Shown in pieces: positions 50,501-63,868 of a stretch of DNA of 64,000 bases. The notes under the pieces are model-generated. The model was not told where the DNA came from and did no database searches. It worked only from the letters and a program-made list of their open reading frames with translations. The stretch is from assembly GCA_028534125.1 (NCBI GenBank), contig CM052816.1, positions 37,884,001-37,948,000 on the forward strand, written 5' to 3'. The stretch is from Lama glama (taxonomy: Eukaryota). The position numbers and the translations under genes are program-made. Within the stretch, counting starts at the first letter, position 1, and each line of letters starts with the position of its first letter.

Positions 50501-52006
50501 CTAAATAGACAGTGGTCAAACCAACTTTTTCAAAACTAAAAAATAACTAGAGGCTTGAATATGCACTATGTGGGTCACTGCAAGAATAACTGCTAAACCT
50601 TCGCAAGACCAGGGGTGTTGTGGTATTCTGACTTTTCATAACCTCTGTTTCAACCCTCTCTAAGCTCATGGTACTTTTAAAACCAGCACAATGTCACCAA
50701 TTAAAGGGGTTGGAACTCTTAAGCCCTATTCCCAGCACATTAATGTTACTTAAACTCTCACATTTCCTAAGAAAAGTCCCATTTGCAGGATACTGTTATT
50801 ATTTAAGTTGATAGTTTTTTCTATCTCTGCAGTAGTTGTTAACAAATGATTTGAGACAGTTGTTTAACACTGCAGCTGCCTGAAGCTGCAGTACACTTGG
50901 GGCATACAAGTGCCTCAACATAACTTAAAATCGGTATCTGCATAATGAGATGTATATAAAGAGATTAGAATTACTCTGAAATATTCACGCAAATCCTGAT
51001 GATTGTGCACGTGTACATGACAGTGCACACATCCAGAAAAGACATGAGAGAGCCTCATTCAGCCACCACTGACTGACCCTGAGGCAGAGTTGTGATCTTA
51101 TTCATTAAAGGTACCCTCAATAAATAGACAGTGCTGCTCAGCAAAGAACAGAAGGCCTATTGGTTCAAGTCATATAAGGAAATATCTGACATCAGCTAAG
51201 TAGTAAGACATTTGAGGAGAAAAGACAATGACTACATGCTACAGGAAATCGACTTTATAGCATTAGTTCACAAAAATCACTGAACAAGCAAACAGCTGGA
51301 ACAAGAATGAAAATAATAACAAGAACAGTAAGAAAATATGGCCAGAGGAGGAGCGTGTGTCTGATTTCCAAAGCTGTCACAATGTATCATCGAAAGTGTC
51401 CAGTTTTTAACCCAACATTGTAAATCACACAGAGAAAAAGTTAAGTATGCTGAATACACATAAAATCAAACTAGTCAAAAGAAACTGTGTCTTAGGAGGT
51501 GTAGAGACTTTCAAAACAGCTCAAATAAGTATGTTCCAGTAACTAAAACATAGCATACAAGCAATTAAATTAGAAAAATAATCTATCATGAAATAGAGTA
51601 TGAATAAAGAAATACAAATTCTATTAAAAACAAAATATAAACTCTAGAGTTGAAAAATACAATAACCAAACGAGAAATTTACTAAAGTAAAACTCACTAG
51701 TGTAAATCTAAAGTTTGAGAGGAAAGAACACACTTGAATATAAATGCCACTGAGATTATTCAGTTCAAAAATTAGAATAAAAATAGGAAGAAAAAGTCAT
51801 AGAACCTTAGAGACCAAAGGATACTATTCAATCTGCCATAATATATGTAACAGTAGCCCTAGAAGGAGAGGAGAAAGACAGGGACTTGAACAATGTTTGT
51901 AGAAATAATAAAGGAAATGTCCCAAATCCGATGAAAATATTACTCTGTACATCCAAGATACTCAACAAACTCCAAGCAGGATAAATCAAAAGAGGTCCAC
52001 AATGAG

Positions 52007-53881
52007 ATCTGGTTTCAGTTCCTCAAGTAAGGAGCTTGGAAGTCACCATTCCATCCAAGTAACGAGTACACGCTGAACAGATTGAAAAATCAACTTTTCT
52101 TGGATTTGTAAGAGAGAGGAGGACACAAGGCAAACCAGTGCCTGAAGACTGGAAACACAGACCGGCAAATACAAGGAGTCATGCTTTACTGGAGCACATT
52201 CACCAGCAGAAACCAACACAGGATCCAGAGCCAGGGCAGGAAAACCTGAAATGTTACTGATGATTCGCTGGAGGCTCAGTGCGTAGAAATCTGAGAGTTA
52301 AAAAATCCTGAGGGACCCCACAGTGCTTTGAGATTTACCTCCAGGCATTTGACCAAATTCTCATGGTAAACAGTGATGAAAACTCCCCTCCTGCTTCTGG
52401 CAAAAGGAGAGGAAAAGGAACCATTTTGAAATATGCTAGAGTACTCTGGTCTTAATAAGACCTGCCCTTGGGGGAAACAGTTAATCAGAGCCTATCATAC
52501 AGGGTATTAGCAGAGCCAAAATGACCTGGAGAAGGGTAACGCCCAACTCCAGCCCTCCCTAGACACCCTGTGCCACCAAAGATGGGAGGAAAAAAGTGAG
52601 AAACACTTGTGAAGTGCACTTCAGAGGCATACATTTAAAAACTCTACGTGCTCATAAATCCAGAGGCACAGGCTCACTTAAAAAACTAAGACCTAATCAT
52701 GGGACTGTAAGAACACTTCCCCTCTCCTCATACCTCATTGTCACGTTACTAAAAGCCTATTTGCACCAGTTCCTTGTACCCAGTACAGCTGCACCCAGTT
52801 CAGCAACCAATAAAAATTTCCAAAGCATCCCCAAAGGAAAAAAAAAAAAAAAACACGATTTGAAGAGACAGAACAAGCATTGGAACCAGACATGGCAGTG
52901 ATGTTGGAATTATCAGAGTAGGAATTTAAAAATGGCTATAGTGAATATGCTAAGGACTCTAATGGATAAAATAGCAAGCATTAAAGAAGAGACGGGCAGT
53001 GTAAGCATAAAGATGGAAATCTACCCCCCCAAAAAAAGAACCAGTAAGGAATGCTAGAGATAAAAACATTGCATTGTAACAGGCAGACCGTACATGGCTA
53101 AGGAAAGAATCTCTGAGGTAGAAGATTTATTAATAGAATCCTCAAAAACTGCGGAAAGGAAAAAAAAAGGTCAGGGGGAAAATGCAGAACAGAATATACA
53201 AAGTCTGTGTGACAACTTCAAAAGTTTTAACATACATGTAATGGGAAAACCAGAAGTGAAGAAAAAGAGACGGGAGCAGAAAAGAATATCTCAAACAATA
53301 ATGACTGAGAGCTTCTCCCAAATTAATTCAGAAACAGTAAGCTCAGAGAACATCAAGAAAGATAAATGCCAAAACACCTACACTAAGAGATAATATTTTC
53401 AAACAACAGGATATCAAAATTTTTATTACTAAGAGAAAAACGTCAATCTAAAAGGCTACATACTGTGTGATTTCAAATATATGACATTCTGGAATAGGCA
53501 AACAATGGTGATAAAAATAAAAAGATCAGCGGTTTCCAGGACTGGTGGTGGGGAGGGATAAATAAGCCAAGCAAAGAGGAATTTTAAGGGTAGTGAAAAT
53601 ACTCTGCATGGTATTATAATAATAGATGTATCATTACACATTTGCTAAAACTTGTAGAATGTACACCAAGAGTGAACCCTAAGGTAAACTAAGGACTTTG
53701 TGTGATTATGGTATGTCAGTGTAGATTTATCTTGGTTAAAAATAAAAGTACCATTCTGATGTTTATTATGGGGCAGGCTATATATTTGTGGGGTAGGGAA
53801 TATGGGGAAATCTCTGTATCTCCCTCTCAATTTTATTGTAAATATAAAACCTCTCTAAAAAAACAGTCTTAAAAAATGAAG
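52007..53881 (+). mobile_element. Internally deleted L1 (5' UTR and partial ORF1 joined to an L1MC1/2-like 3' end; essentially no ORF2)
   Basis: ORF1 remnant AKERISEVED...EQNIQSLCDNFKSFNIHVMGKPE (ORF 53094-53393). At about 53420 it switches to tattactaagag...aaggctacatactgtgtgatt, an L1 3' end. Degenerate 16-bp flanking duplication at 51991-52006 / 53882-53897. Confidence 0.75.
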
Positions 53882-55660
53882 AGAGATCCGCACTAAGCAG
53901 GACTACAGCATGGTCAAACTGCTGAAAATCAAGGCAAAGAGAGCACGTGAAGAACCATATGAAAAAAAATTCCTCACCACACACACGGAATCCTTAAAAA
54001 TTAACAACTCTTTCCTTCAGAAACTATGGAGGCCTGAAGGCAATGACATAACATGTTTAAAGTGCTGAAAGAGAAAGACTGTCAACAAAAAAATTCTACA
54101 CACAGTAAAATTATACTTCATAAATAAAGGATAAACTAAGCCACTGCCAGATAAAGCAAAATAAGAAAATTAATTGCTGACAGACCTACCCCAGAAGATA
54201 TTCTAAAGAAAGTCTTTCTAACTGAAATGAAACAACACTAAAGAATAGTTAAATTCTCTCAAAGAAGTAAAGAACGCTGTAAAAGTAACTACTTAGGTAA
54301 CTGTAAAAGACGGTAAAATATATTTTTTGCAACTCTTTTTTTGTATGTTGCTTAAAAGACAAGTACATAAATCAATAATTATAATACTATGTTGATATGC
54401 TTACAATATTTAAAGATGAAATGTCTACGATAATTACAGCACAAATGAGAATGATGGAGATATAACTGAACAAAACTTCTGTATAATATCAAAATTATTT
54501 TAGTACTAATCTAAACTTGATTGCTTTACATTAAGATGAAAATTGTAATCTCAAGGTTACAAAAAATTTTTTAAATAAAGTAAAATAAATGTTATCCTTA
54601 AAATCCCTTTAACATGCAAGTAGGCAATAATGGAGAAATAAAGGAACAGGAACAAGAGTAAATATAAGAAATACAGAAAACAAGTGTCAGAGTGGCAGAT
54701 GTAAGTCCTACCTCATGTCACGACATCAAATGTAAATGGATTAAATGCTCCAAAAGAAATCAGAGACTTCAAGATGGAAAAAAAAAAATCCGACTATATG
54801 CTGTATACAAGAGACACACTTTAGACTATAAAACAAAATAACTTGAAAAAATTTTATATCATGCAAACTATAATCAAGTAAGCCTGGAATGGTTATAGAA
54901 ACACAAAATGAAAAAGACTTTAAGTGAAAACTGTTATAATACACAAAGTGAAGCACTTCATAATGATACAGAAATTCAAGTATCAGGAAATTATAACTGT
55001 AAATATATATGTACCGAAAACAAAGCACCCAAATTCATTAGACTCACTGAGAAAATTGAAGAAAACAGACAATAATAATAACTGGAAACTTTGATACCTG
55101 AATTTCAATGATGGACAGAACAACTAGATAGAAGATCAAAAAAGAAATGAAAAGCTTAATACTATCAATCTAGTAGATCCAACAGAAACCTATAGAATGC
55201 TCTATAGAACTACAGAATACAAATTATTATTAATTATAAATGGAACATACTCCCAGATAGAAAATATTTAGGTGATAATACAAGTCTCAATAATTAAAAT
55301 GATTAAAATTGCACAAAGTATAGTCTCTGACCACAATGAAATAAAATAATAAACCATCAACAGAATAAAATTTGGGGAATTCATAAACATGTGGAAATTA
55401 GAGTGTATTTTCAAACAATAAACATAACAAAGAAGCAGCCAAAAGGCAAATCAGAAAAAAACTTTTAGATGAATGAAAATAAAAATACTATATACCTGCA
55501 ATTATGTGAGCAAATAACATAGTGCAAATTAGAAAACTTATAGCTATAGACATATATGTCTCAACAAAAACAATCTATCAGCTCAATAAACTAATCTTCC
55601 ACCTTAAGATACTGGAAAAAGAAGAAAATGTAAAATCAAAGTTTGCAAAAGAATGAAAAT

Positions 55661-56505
55661 TATGATATTGTGATTTATAAGAAATATATATATATTTGGT
55701 CATTTGGATGATCAAGTATGTATTTTTTATATTTGATCTTTGTCCACAGTTTTTGGCTCACAGCTCTCCAAACCCTTGGAACTTCCTGAATAAAAGCAAA
55801 GAGAAAAGTTTTGTTATAATATTGTCTTTCAGAACCATGAAGGTGAAATGGGTGTTGTATAATTCATAACAAGCCCCTCTTTACCACAACTGGGTTTATG
55901 TTAATGATGTGACTTTGGGAAAGCAAATAGGGATTGGGGGCTGCTTGCCAGGGGAATAAACCATGATTAAGGGGTTGGAATTTTCAGTCCCACCCCCAGA
56001 ATTGGAGGCTGAATCAATTTCCAATACCCAATGATTTAATCAATCATATTTATGTAATACAGCCCCCATAAAACCTCACAAGAACAGGATTCAAAGAGCT
56101 TCTGGGCTGAGAACACATAAAGATTTGGGGAGAGTGGCATACCTGGAGAGTGTATGAAAGTTTCTGCCCATTTCCCCATACCTTGGCTCAATGCATCTCT
56201 TCCATATGGCTGCTCCTGAATTATGTATTTTAATAACCAACTGGTAATCTAATAAGTAAAACAATTCTCTGACTTTTGTGAGCTGCTCTGGCAAGTTAAT
56301 CAAACCCAAGGAGGGGATTATGGAAACATCCAGTCATAGCTAGTTGTTCTGAAGCACAGCTGATAATTTGGGCTCACAGTGACATCTGTGATGGGGAAGG
56401 GGGCACTCTTATAGGCCTAAATCCTTAACCTATGGAATCTGATGCTATTTCTGGACAGATAGTGTCAGAACAGAGTTGCTTGCTGGTGTGGGAAATGCCC
56501 TCACA
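55661..56505 (+). mobile_element. MER21-like LTR
   Basis: Begins tatgatattgtga...tatatttggtc; blocks ttcataacaagcccct, ggggttggaattttcagtcccacc, aatgatttaatcaatcat, gtgagctgctctggcaagttaatcaaaccc. The right boundary is approximate. Confidence 0.8.
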
Positions 56506-57470
56506 AGAGAAGATACCAAGTTCAAACTTTTATTAAAATTAAAAGATTATACATTAATAGTATGAATAATGGAATTAGGTAACTGATTAAATGGATAAAT
56601 TTCCAGAAACATAATTGTAACTGATTTAAGAGAATATTGAAAATCTGAATGGATCTATATCAGGTAGAGATTGAATTGGTAATTGGAAACCTCTCCACAA
56701 AAAAGAGTCCAGGTTCAAATGGCTTCACTGTTGAAATCCATCAAACGTTTAAACCATAAATATCTTTCAGAAACTTGAAAAAAATAGAAGGTAAAGAAAT
56801 ACTTCCTAAATTATTCTATGAGGCAAGTATTACTCTGATACAAAAACCAAAGACACCACAAGAAAAGCAAACTACAGATCAATAACCCTCTGAAATACAG
56901 ATGCAAAATACTTCAAAAAGACTAGCAGATGAGATCTAGCAATACATAATAAATGCATATCATGAACAAGGAGAATTTATTCCACAAATGCAAGATTTGC
57001 TCAATACATGTAAATCAATCAATGTAATAGACCTTATTAATGAGATAAAGGAGAAATAAAAAATAATCTTGCCTATACAGGTAGAAAAAGTATTTGGAGG
57101 ACAACATCCATTCATGATAAAAATAATCAACAAATCTGTAACATAAGGGTACTTACTCAAACTGAAAAACATCATTTACTAAACCCCTACATTAAACATC
57201 ATACTTAACTGGAATTTCCAAAACTTTCTCCTTAAGAACCATAAGGAGACAAGGATATTTTTGCTACTTCTGTTCAATCTTACAGGAGGTCCTAGTCTGA
57301 GCAATTAAGCAAGAAAAGGAAATTTAAATTATGCAGACTAGGAAGAAGTAAATTTATCTCTAATTGTAGATGGCATGATTTTGTACACAGAAATTCTTAA
57401 GGACTCTGCTAATAACCATTAGAGTTTACATAGAGGTTAACCAAAGCTGCAAGGTATGCAATCAATATTA

Positions 57471-58369
57471 ATGAGTGTGTATATGTTCATGAATGACTGA
57501 AAAATTGTGCTGAACACTGGAATTTGACACAACACTGTAAAATGATTATGAATCAATAAAAAATGTAAAAAAAAAAAAAGATCCACAGAAGGGCCCCAAT
57601 CAAGGGCCAAATGTTGACTTGGTTGATTAAGTCTCTTACATCAGAGTGTACATTTTTAGCAGAGGAACAGTTTCATTTCTTTCCTAGATCAGTACATGGA
57701 ACGAGAAGTTCCTGGCAGGAGGGCTCTTCCAGCTTCATAGCTTAGTGGTGGTTCTGAGCACGAGCCCTGCGTGCCGGAGTTGTGTGGGCAGTGGGTACAG
57801 TGTTGGTGGGAGGATAAATGGTAGCACCTGGGGAGTGGGTACAATGGTGCCCTCTGTCAAAAAGGAACACACGTAGTGTTTGCACCTCTAGGAGTAACTC
57901 CTACTTATAACCCCCATGTGTAGCTAAACATGTATGTTCAGGATGTTCACTGCAGCATCGTTTGCTATCAGAGAATCCCTCAGCAGGGGACTAATCAAAT
58001 ACACTATAAGACAACTCTACCATGGCACCTAGGCAGCTACTTAAAAGCTGGGGACAGGGTCGGGGCGGGAGGCAGGTTGTCTCCAAGATCTATAAAGTAA
58101 GATGGAGAATGGTGGTACTATACTTACATTTGAGTTAAAAAAAAAAGTGGGGAAGCAATATAGATACATTAATGCTTGCATATGCTTTGACTATCTCCCC
58201 AGGGGTAAGGGGGAGATTTACTTGTGCACTGTACACTCACATGTGCAAATTGAATTGTTGTAACCTATGCCTATATTGATACACATATGTATGTATGCAT
58301 GTGTGTGTGTTTTGAAATAAGTTTAAATTAGGATTTTTAAATAAAACAAGCCTGGATTTGAAAAAAAAA
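57471..58369 (+). mobile_element. Short young L1 3' end with putative 3' transduction and second A tail
   Basis: L1 3' terminus 57471-57566 with AATAAA at 57555; A13 at 57567-57579; unrelated sequence 57580-58360 with AATAAA at 58340; A9 at 58361-58369; the host L1 resumes afterwards. Confidence 0.8.
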
Positions 58370-60159
58370 TTTAATTGAAGTGCTACATATTATCAATGAA
58401 AAAAATCCAAGAATAAGATGAGAAAACAATCCCATTTACAACAGTATCAACAAAAAATAAAATACTTAGGAAGAAATTTAACAAAATAAGTGCAAGATTT
58501 GTTCAATGATAACTAAATAACATTGTTGAAAGAAACTAAAGAGGATCTAAGTAAATATACAAATATCCACTTCCATGAACCAAAAGACTTAAAGTTATAA
58601 AGATGGAAATACTCCCCAAATTGATCTACAGATTCAATAAAATCCTTTCAAAATTCTAGCTGCCTGTTTGTATTTTTGTTTGTTCTGTGGAAATTGGCCA
58701 ACTGATCCCAAATCTCATGTAAAATGCAAAGGGCACAGAATAGCTAAAATAATGCAAAAAACTCTGAAAAGGGAGGACACTTCTCAATTTCAAAACTTAC
58801 TGCAAAGACATAGTAATCAAGACTATGTGGTGCTGGTAATAAGTATGGACATTTAGATAAATTGCAAAGAATCTAGAGTCTACAAAGAAACCCTCACATT
58901 CATGTTTTCAACAAGGGTTTCAAGAAGATTCAATGGAGACATAATAGTCTTTCTAACGAATGGTGCTGGGACAATTGGATATTTGCATGAAAGAATAAAT
59001 GAAATGGACTTTTGTTACAACATATACAAAAATTAACTCAAAATAAGTTATAGGTCCAAATCTAAGAGCTAAACAGCTAAAATTCTTACATGGCGACATA
59101 TACTTAACTTTGTGACCTTGCATTAGGCAATGGTTTCTTAGATATGACACTAAAAGCACATGTGTCAAAGTTTAAAAAATAGGTAAACTAGACTTCATCA
59201 AAACTAAAAACTTCTGTTCTTTTAATCATACCATTAAGAAAGTGAAAGTCAGCCCACAGTAGGAGAGAAAACATTTGAAAAATCTTAGAACGAATAAGGC
59301 ACTTGTACCCAGGATATATACGGAAATGTTACAATCCAACAATAAAAAGATAAATGTTCAAATTAAAAATAGGTAAAACATTTATACAGACTTTTATCCA
59401 AAGTAGATACACAAATGCCAATAAGCACATGAAAACAAAATTATCAACATTAGATAAATGCAAATGAAAACCGTAAGATACCACTTCATACCCACTAGAA
59501 TGGCTATGATAAAAAAGAAAAACAGTACAATGTTAGAAAGTGATATGGAGAAACTGGAACACACATATAATAATGGTGACAATGTAAACTGATTCTATGG
59601 TAAACAGTTTCGGTGGATCCTCTTAGAATTATTAGGTATATACCCTAAAGAAAGGAAAATAGGCATTCAAAAAAAAGCATACACAAATGTTCATGGCAGC
59701 ATTATTCTTAATAACAATCCAAATCTTAATCAAATGATAAATTAATAAAATGTGATATATTTATGCAATGGAATATTATTTGGCTATGAAAAGGAAAGTG
59801 CTGATACATGATACAACATAGATAAATCTCAAAAATATCGTAAGTGAAAGAAACAAGGGACAAAAGACCACCTGTTTGTGTTTCCATTTATACGAAATGG
59901 CCAAAACAGTCAAACATACAGAGATAGAAATTAGATATGTTTTTGCGTAGGGTGAGGAGGTGGGGTGGATGGATAATGACTCCTAATCTCTATAGTACTT
60001 TATCATGGGGTGATTACAATGATGATAAAATTAGATGTTAGTGATGGCTGCATAACTCTGAATACACTAAAAACTTTAAATAGGTTAATTTTTAGTATAT
60101 TAACTATATCTCAATAAAACTATTTACATAAAAAAAATAGCAAACATACTTTTATGACT

Positions 60160-60390
60160 TCCCTGAGTCACCAGAATTAGCTGGCCTCTATGTTGTGAGA
60201 GCATGTTGTCTATGTTAACTATTCTAGCATTTTTAATACTGAAATTAAATTATTTATATAATTGTCTTCTTCTTAGACTGTAAGATTCTTATGAGTCAGG
60301 GCTTTATATGCATTCTTCTCTACTTTTATCTTAAACACTGTACCTGGAACATAAATAGAACAAAGGACTAGATTCTTCACTATATTTTTG
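60160..60390 (+). mobile_element. L2 3' end relic
   Basis: cttagactgtaagattcttatgagtcagggct...cactgtacctggaacataaatag, the L2 terminal pattern. Confidence 0.7.
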
Positions 60391-62012
60391 AAAAAGTAAC
60401 ATCTTTCTTGTACTTTCCTCCACAAATTTCTATTCTGACACATCATCTTTAGGACAAAATTATTTAATAGCCTTAAAGAGCAATGTGATGCTCCACATTT
60501 TAGAATACTGAATTCAATCCCTGCATGTGCTTGTGTATATGGAACTGTCATTGTACATGTGCATTGTTTTCAGAAAGGTCCTACATGTGATTATTGTATT
60601 CTGAAAAAATTTGAAAAAAATGCAAAAATAAGGTCAATTGAGGAAATTGTACATTACATGATACAAACATTAATTATATGGACCCAGGAATGATTTTTAA
60701 TCTAATTTTATACAAAAAGTAGTAATTAACACAAAAGAGAGCAATACACCATAGGTCTTGAACAAAAATTTGAGTTTCCTGTAGTGACTAGAACGTCTTC
60801 CTGAGCATGAGCCTGTATGAGGCAAGTTTGAGAAATTTACTTTTGTTTTCCAATAAATGAATGGTGCCATTAGAATAAAGTGTGATTTTGAACAGTTATT
60901 CTACTTTCTATACGGAACACTTAATGACCTACAAACTGTATTGGTATCAGTGATTTTCCTGTTTCCCTTAAGTGTCAGAGAATCTCAGTATATTTTTAGA
61001 ACCCTAAAGAATCAATCATCATTTTCTCTTCACCTGTGATTTACAAAGCCATTTTTATGATTAGGTAGTGACCTGAGATTGTATTATAGTGGAAGAGATT
61101 CTACGTTAACTGCTCCTTGCAAACAATCCAGAGACAGGTGTCTTTTCACAAATTATTTTCTTCTTACCCTGTTTGCTTTATCACCACAGAATGCTGCATA
61201 ACATGTTTGTTTTTTTTCTTTCTAATGTATTAACGTCTCATTCCTAGGGCATTTCCTTAGTTTAATAATTTCGATCTTCATGTCAAAATATGTAAACAAA
61301 TTTGCTCTCTGTTCTCTTAACTGCTTCTGTTTTTATCTGTTTCCTCACGTAGACACTCCTTTTGCATCTAAGGCCAGAAAATTTGAACTCAATTTTCATT
61401 CTGACTTCAAGCCTCCCCTCCCGTGCACATTTCAATGTTTACCCATCAATTCCTCCAGAATATTGCCCAGAACTGCCCTATTTTCACCTGTGTCTGCTAA
61501 TTTGTTTTTGTTTTTTTCTTACTAAGCACTTTATTCTCTGCTGTTTCACTTGTCTAGTATATGATCTTCTTAAACCCACTTTTCTGTGTCAGAGACCATA
61601 GAGCAATGGGGATCTTCTTTATCATTTTATTTGAGGAAATTGTTAGCCTTTTGAAAAGACACAATGAACAGTTTATTTTGCTCAGTATATTTCGAAATAA
61701 GATAAGAACTTTATTGTAAGAATAAAGAGGAATGAGAGACACAGAATAAAGAAAGCAAAGCAAATAAGATAAATACAAATTGGTGAGAATAGGATACTTG
61801 AATAACAAAAAAAAAAAAGAGTATAGTGTATGAAGGAACAAAGCCAATACATGAAAAGGCAGGGCAGACACTATATAATTGTATAAGGGGTGGAAAAAAA
61901 GCCCCCAAATCAATAAGAACAGGAAGCGAACAGAGACATGGGAAAGTTTGGGAAAGGAGTTTCTGCGTTTAAAACACATAGTGAAGGCTTTGATTGTTCA
62001 CTCTGAACTCAC

Positions 62013-62174
62013 CAAGAGAGTGCCCCCAAAGCCTTTGGGTATGAAACGCCTTTAGTAGATGGAGTGCAACCAAGCCGCTCAATGTCTGGAGAATGGTTGC
62101 CTGCACTCTGAACGCTGGCCCCCAGAGCCACGGCACAGCTCACTATTCATAAGCGGCCCCACTGTTCCCTGTCT
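62013..62174 (-). other. Candidate non-coding exon (162 nt)
   Basis: Minus-strand acceptor gaatttttcag|A and consensus donor TTG|GTGAGT bracket a GC-richer island; there are stops in all three frames. Confidence 0.3.
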
Positions 62175-63841
62175 CTGAAAAATTCAATGTGTAAGCTTTA
62201 GTTAGAATGAAAAGCCATTATAAATTTTTGTCTGCATGCATATGGATAAGCTTCAGTAATAATGAGTGTTAAAAAAAAACACTACATAGTGGAATCTAAT
62301 AGAAACTTTCACATGGTATTGTTTCCACCATGCATAATTCATAAAGAAGAAATTAGAAGAAAGCAGACAGGCGCTGACTTCCTTAAGTTTTGTTTTTAGA
62401 TTTTTTTTTCCTGATTTTTAATGTATTCCTTTGGAGAAAAAAATGTTTCTCTTGTGCATTACTGATACTGTTTTGCAGTGAGCTTTAAGTGTCATCCAGG
62501 CTTTCTTGTTCAATCTAAAATCATATTTTATATGTTAATTTTAGCCTTCATTGTTTGTTTTATGATTTGTTTTTAATCATCATCCTTCAGAAAATTTCAT
62601 TCAGGATTCAAGAACCATTATCCTTCAGTGATTCTACAATATAATGAAGCAAATTTGCAACACAATATTTTTCTTAAATCCATGGATATTATCATCATAT
62701 GTATTTTCAAAGTACCCTAGAATGTCTTCGTGTAACTGAATTAAATGTAGTTTAATTAAATTAAGTAAATTAAATTACTCATTACCAGTAATAACTTTAA
62801 GCTTTAGAAAGCATTTGAATTGGAAAAGAATTTGAATACCTGGCTTAACAGCTCAAGTGTGGTGTGAAATTAATTTGCATTATACATATCTTACTTCTTC
62901 CCAATAAATGCAAGATGGAAGACAGAATGAGAATAAGAGACTCTGAACACCACTTTTTTAATTTATTAAGAAGGGTATTTTCCATGGTGAGCAATTGAAC
63001 TAAAACATGATTACTTATTGAAGAAAAAATGTTCAATTATATAATAACATTAAATAATGAATCATGAAATATCTAAAAACATTATTTTCTTAGAAGCCAT
63101 ATACATTTCATTGTAACTCAATGTAAGGACTAGAACTATATATAAGGACTATAGAACTATTGTCACCAATCTTAATAAATTCATTTTGTGGGGTTTAATT
63201 TAGGTAATTGGTTAAAGGTGGGGAGGAATGACAGGTAATAAAGGCAGAAACATAATCTTATCACTTGATCCATCCAACCTGTTAATTTTGCTACTGTGAA
63301 TTTCTAACACCATGATTTTTAATCTAGTTTTTTGGGCAAATAAACATGTATTTATTTACGTATTCATTTACTGTAGGGCAAATAGAATCCACAAACAACT
63401 TTTTACAAAATGTTAGATTTTTTTTCTAGAATAAAGATAGGCAAAAATACATAAATGATTGTCTTAATTATGCGAATGTTGGCACTTTAGTGTTATTATC
63501 AAATAATACATGCACATTTTTTTCCTTACGTGACACTAGTAGTATCACACAAATTCTCAACGTGGAATATATGCTTATCTGTCCTAGTATGCTATCATTT
63601 GATCTTAATTCATCAGTTGGTCTAAAATATCCAGTGGATGGTATCTAAAAGCTATAAAAAGTAAAATATTTTAAAGATAATCAACTAAAAATGCTGCCTC
63701 CATGAAGTCTAATAGGTCTAATTTCAGGGAAAAGAGGCATTTAAAAGCCTTTGATAGTTGCTTTTACCATGGAGAGTACTCAAAAATGAGATTATAAAAA
63801 AGAGGCAAATTCAAACTTTTTAATAAAAAGAGGAAGAAACT

Positions 63842-63868
63842 AACACATACACATAACACACACACACA
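63842..63868. repeat. Imperfect (CA)n microsatellite
   Basis: aacacatacacataacacacacacaca. Confidence 0.85.

Larger units (their letters stand above)
50510..60137 (+). mobile_element. Near full-length ancient L1 (L1M4-type 5' end, L1MB7/8-like 3' end) hosting three later insertions
   Basis: ORF1-like 51400-52006 continuing at 53882; EN aatgtaaatggattaaatgctcc (54730); RT region 56700-57470 continuing at about 58365; 3' end aaagtgctgatacatgatacaacat...ctatatctcaataaaactattt. Confidence 0.85.

Noticed and set aside
61554..61979. 141-aa hydrophobic minus-strand ORF resembling a membrane protein
   Set aside because: It arises from a purine/A-rich low-complexity plus strand, which gives F/L/Y-rich antisense translations; there is no homology signal.
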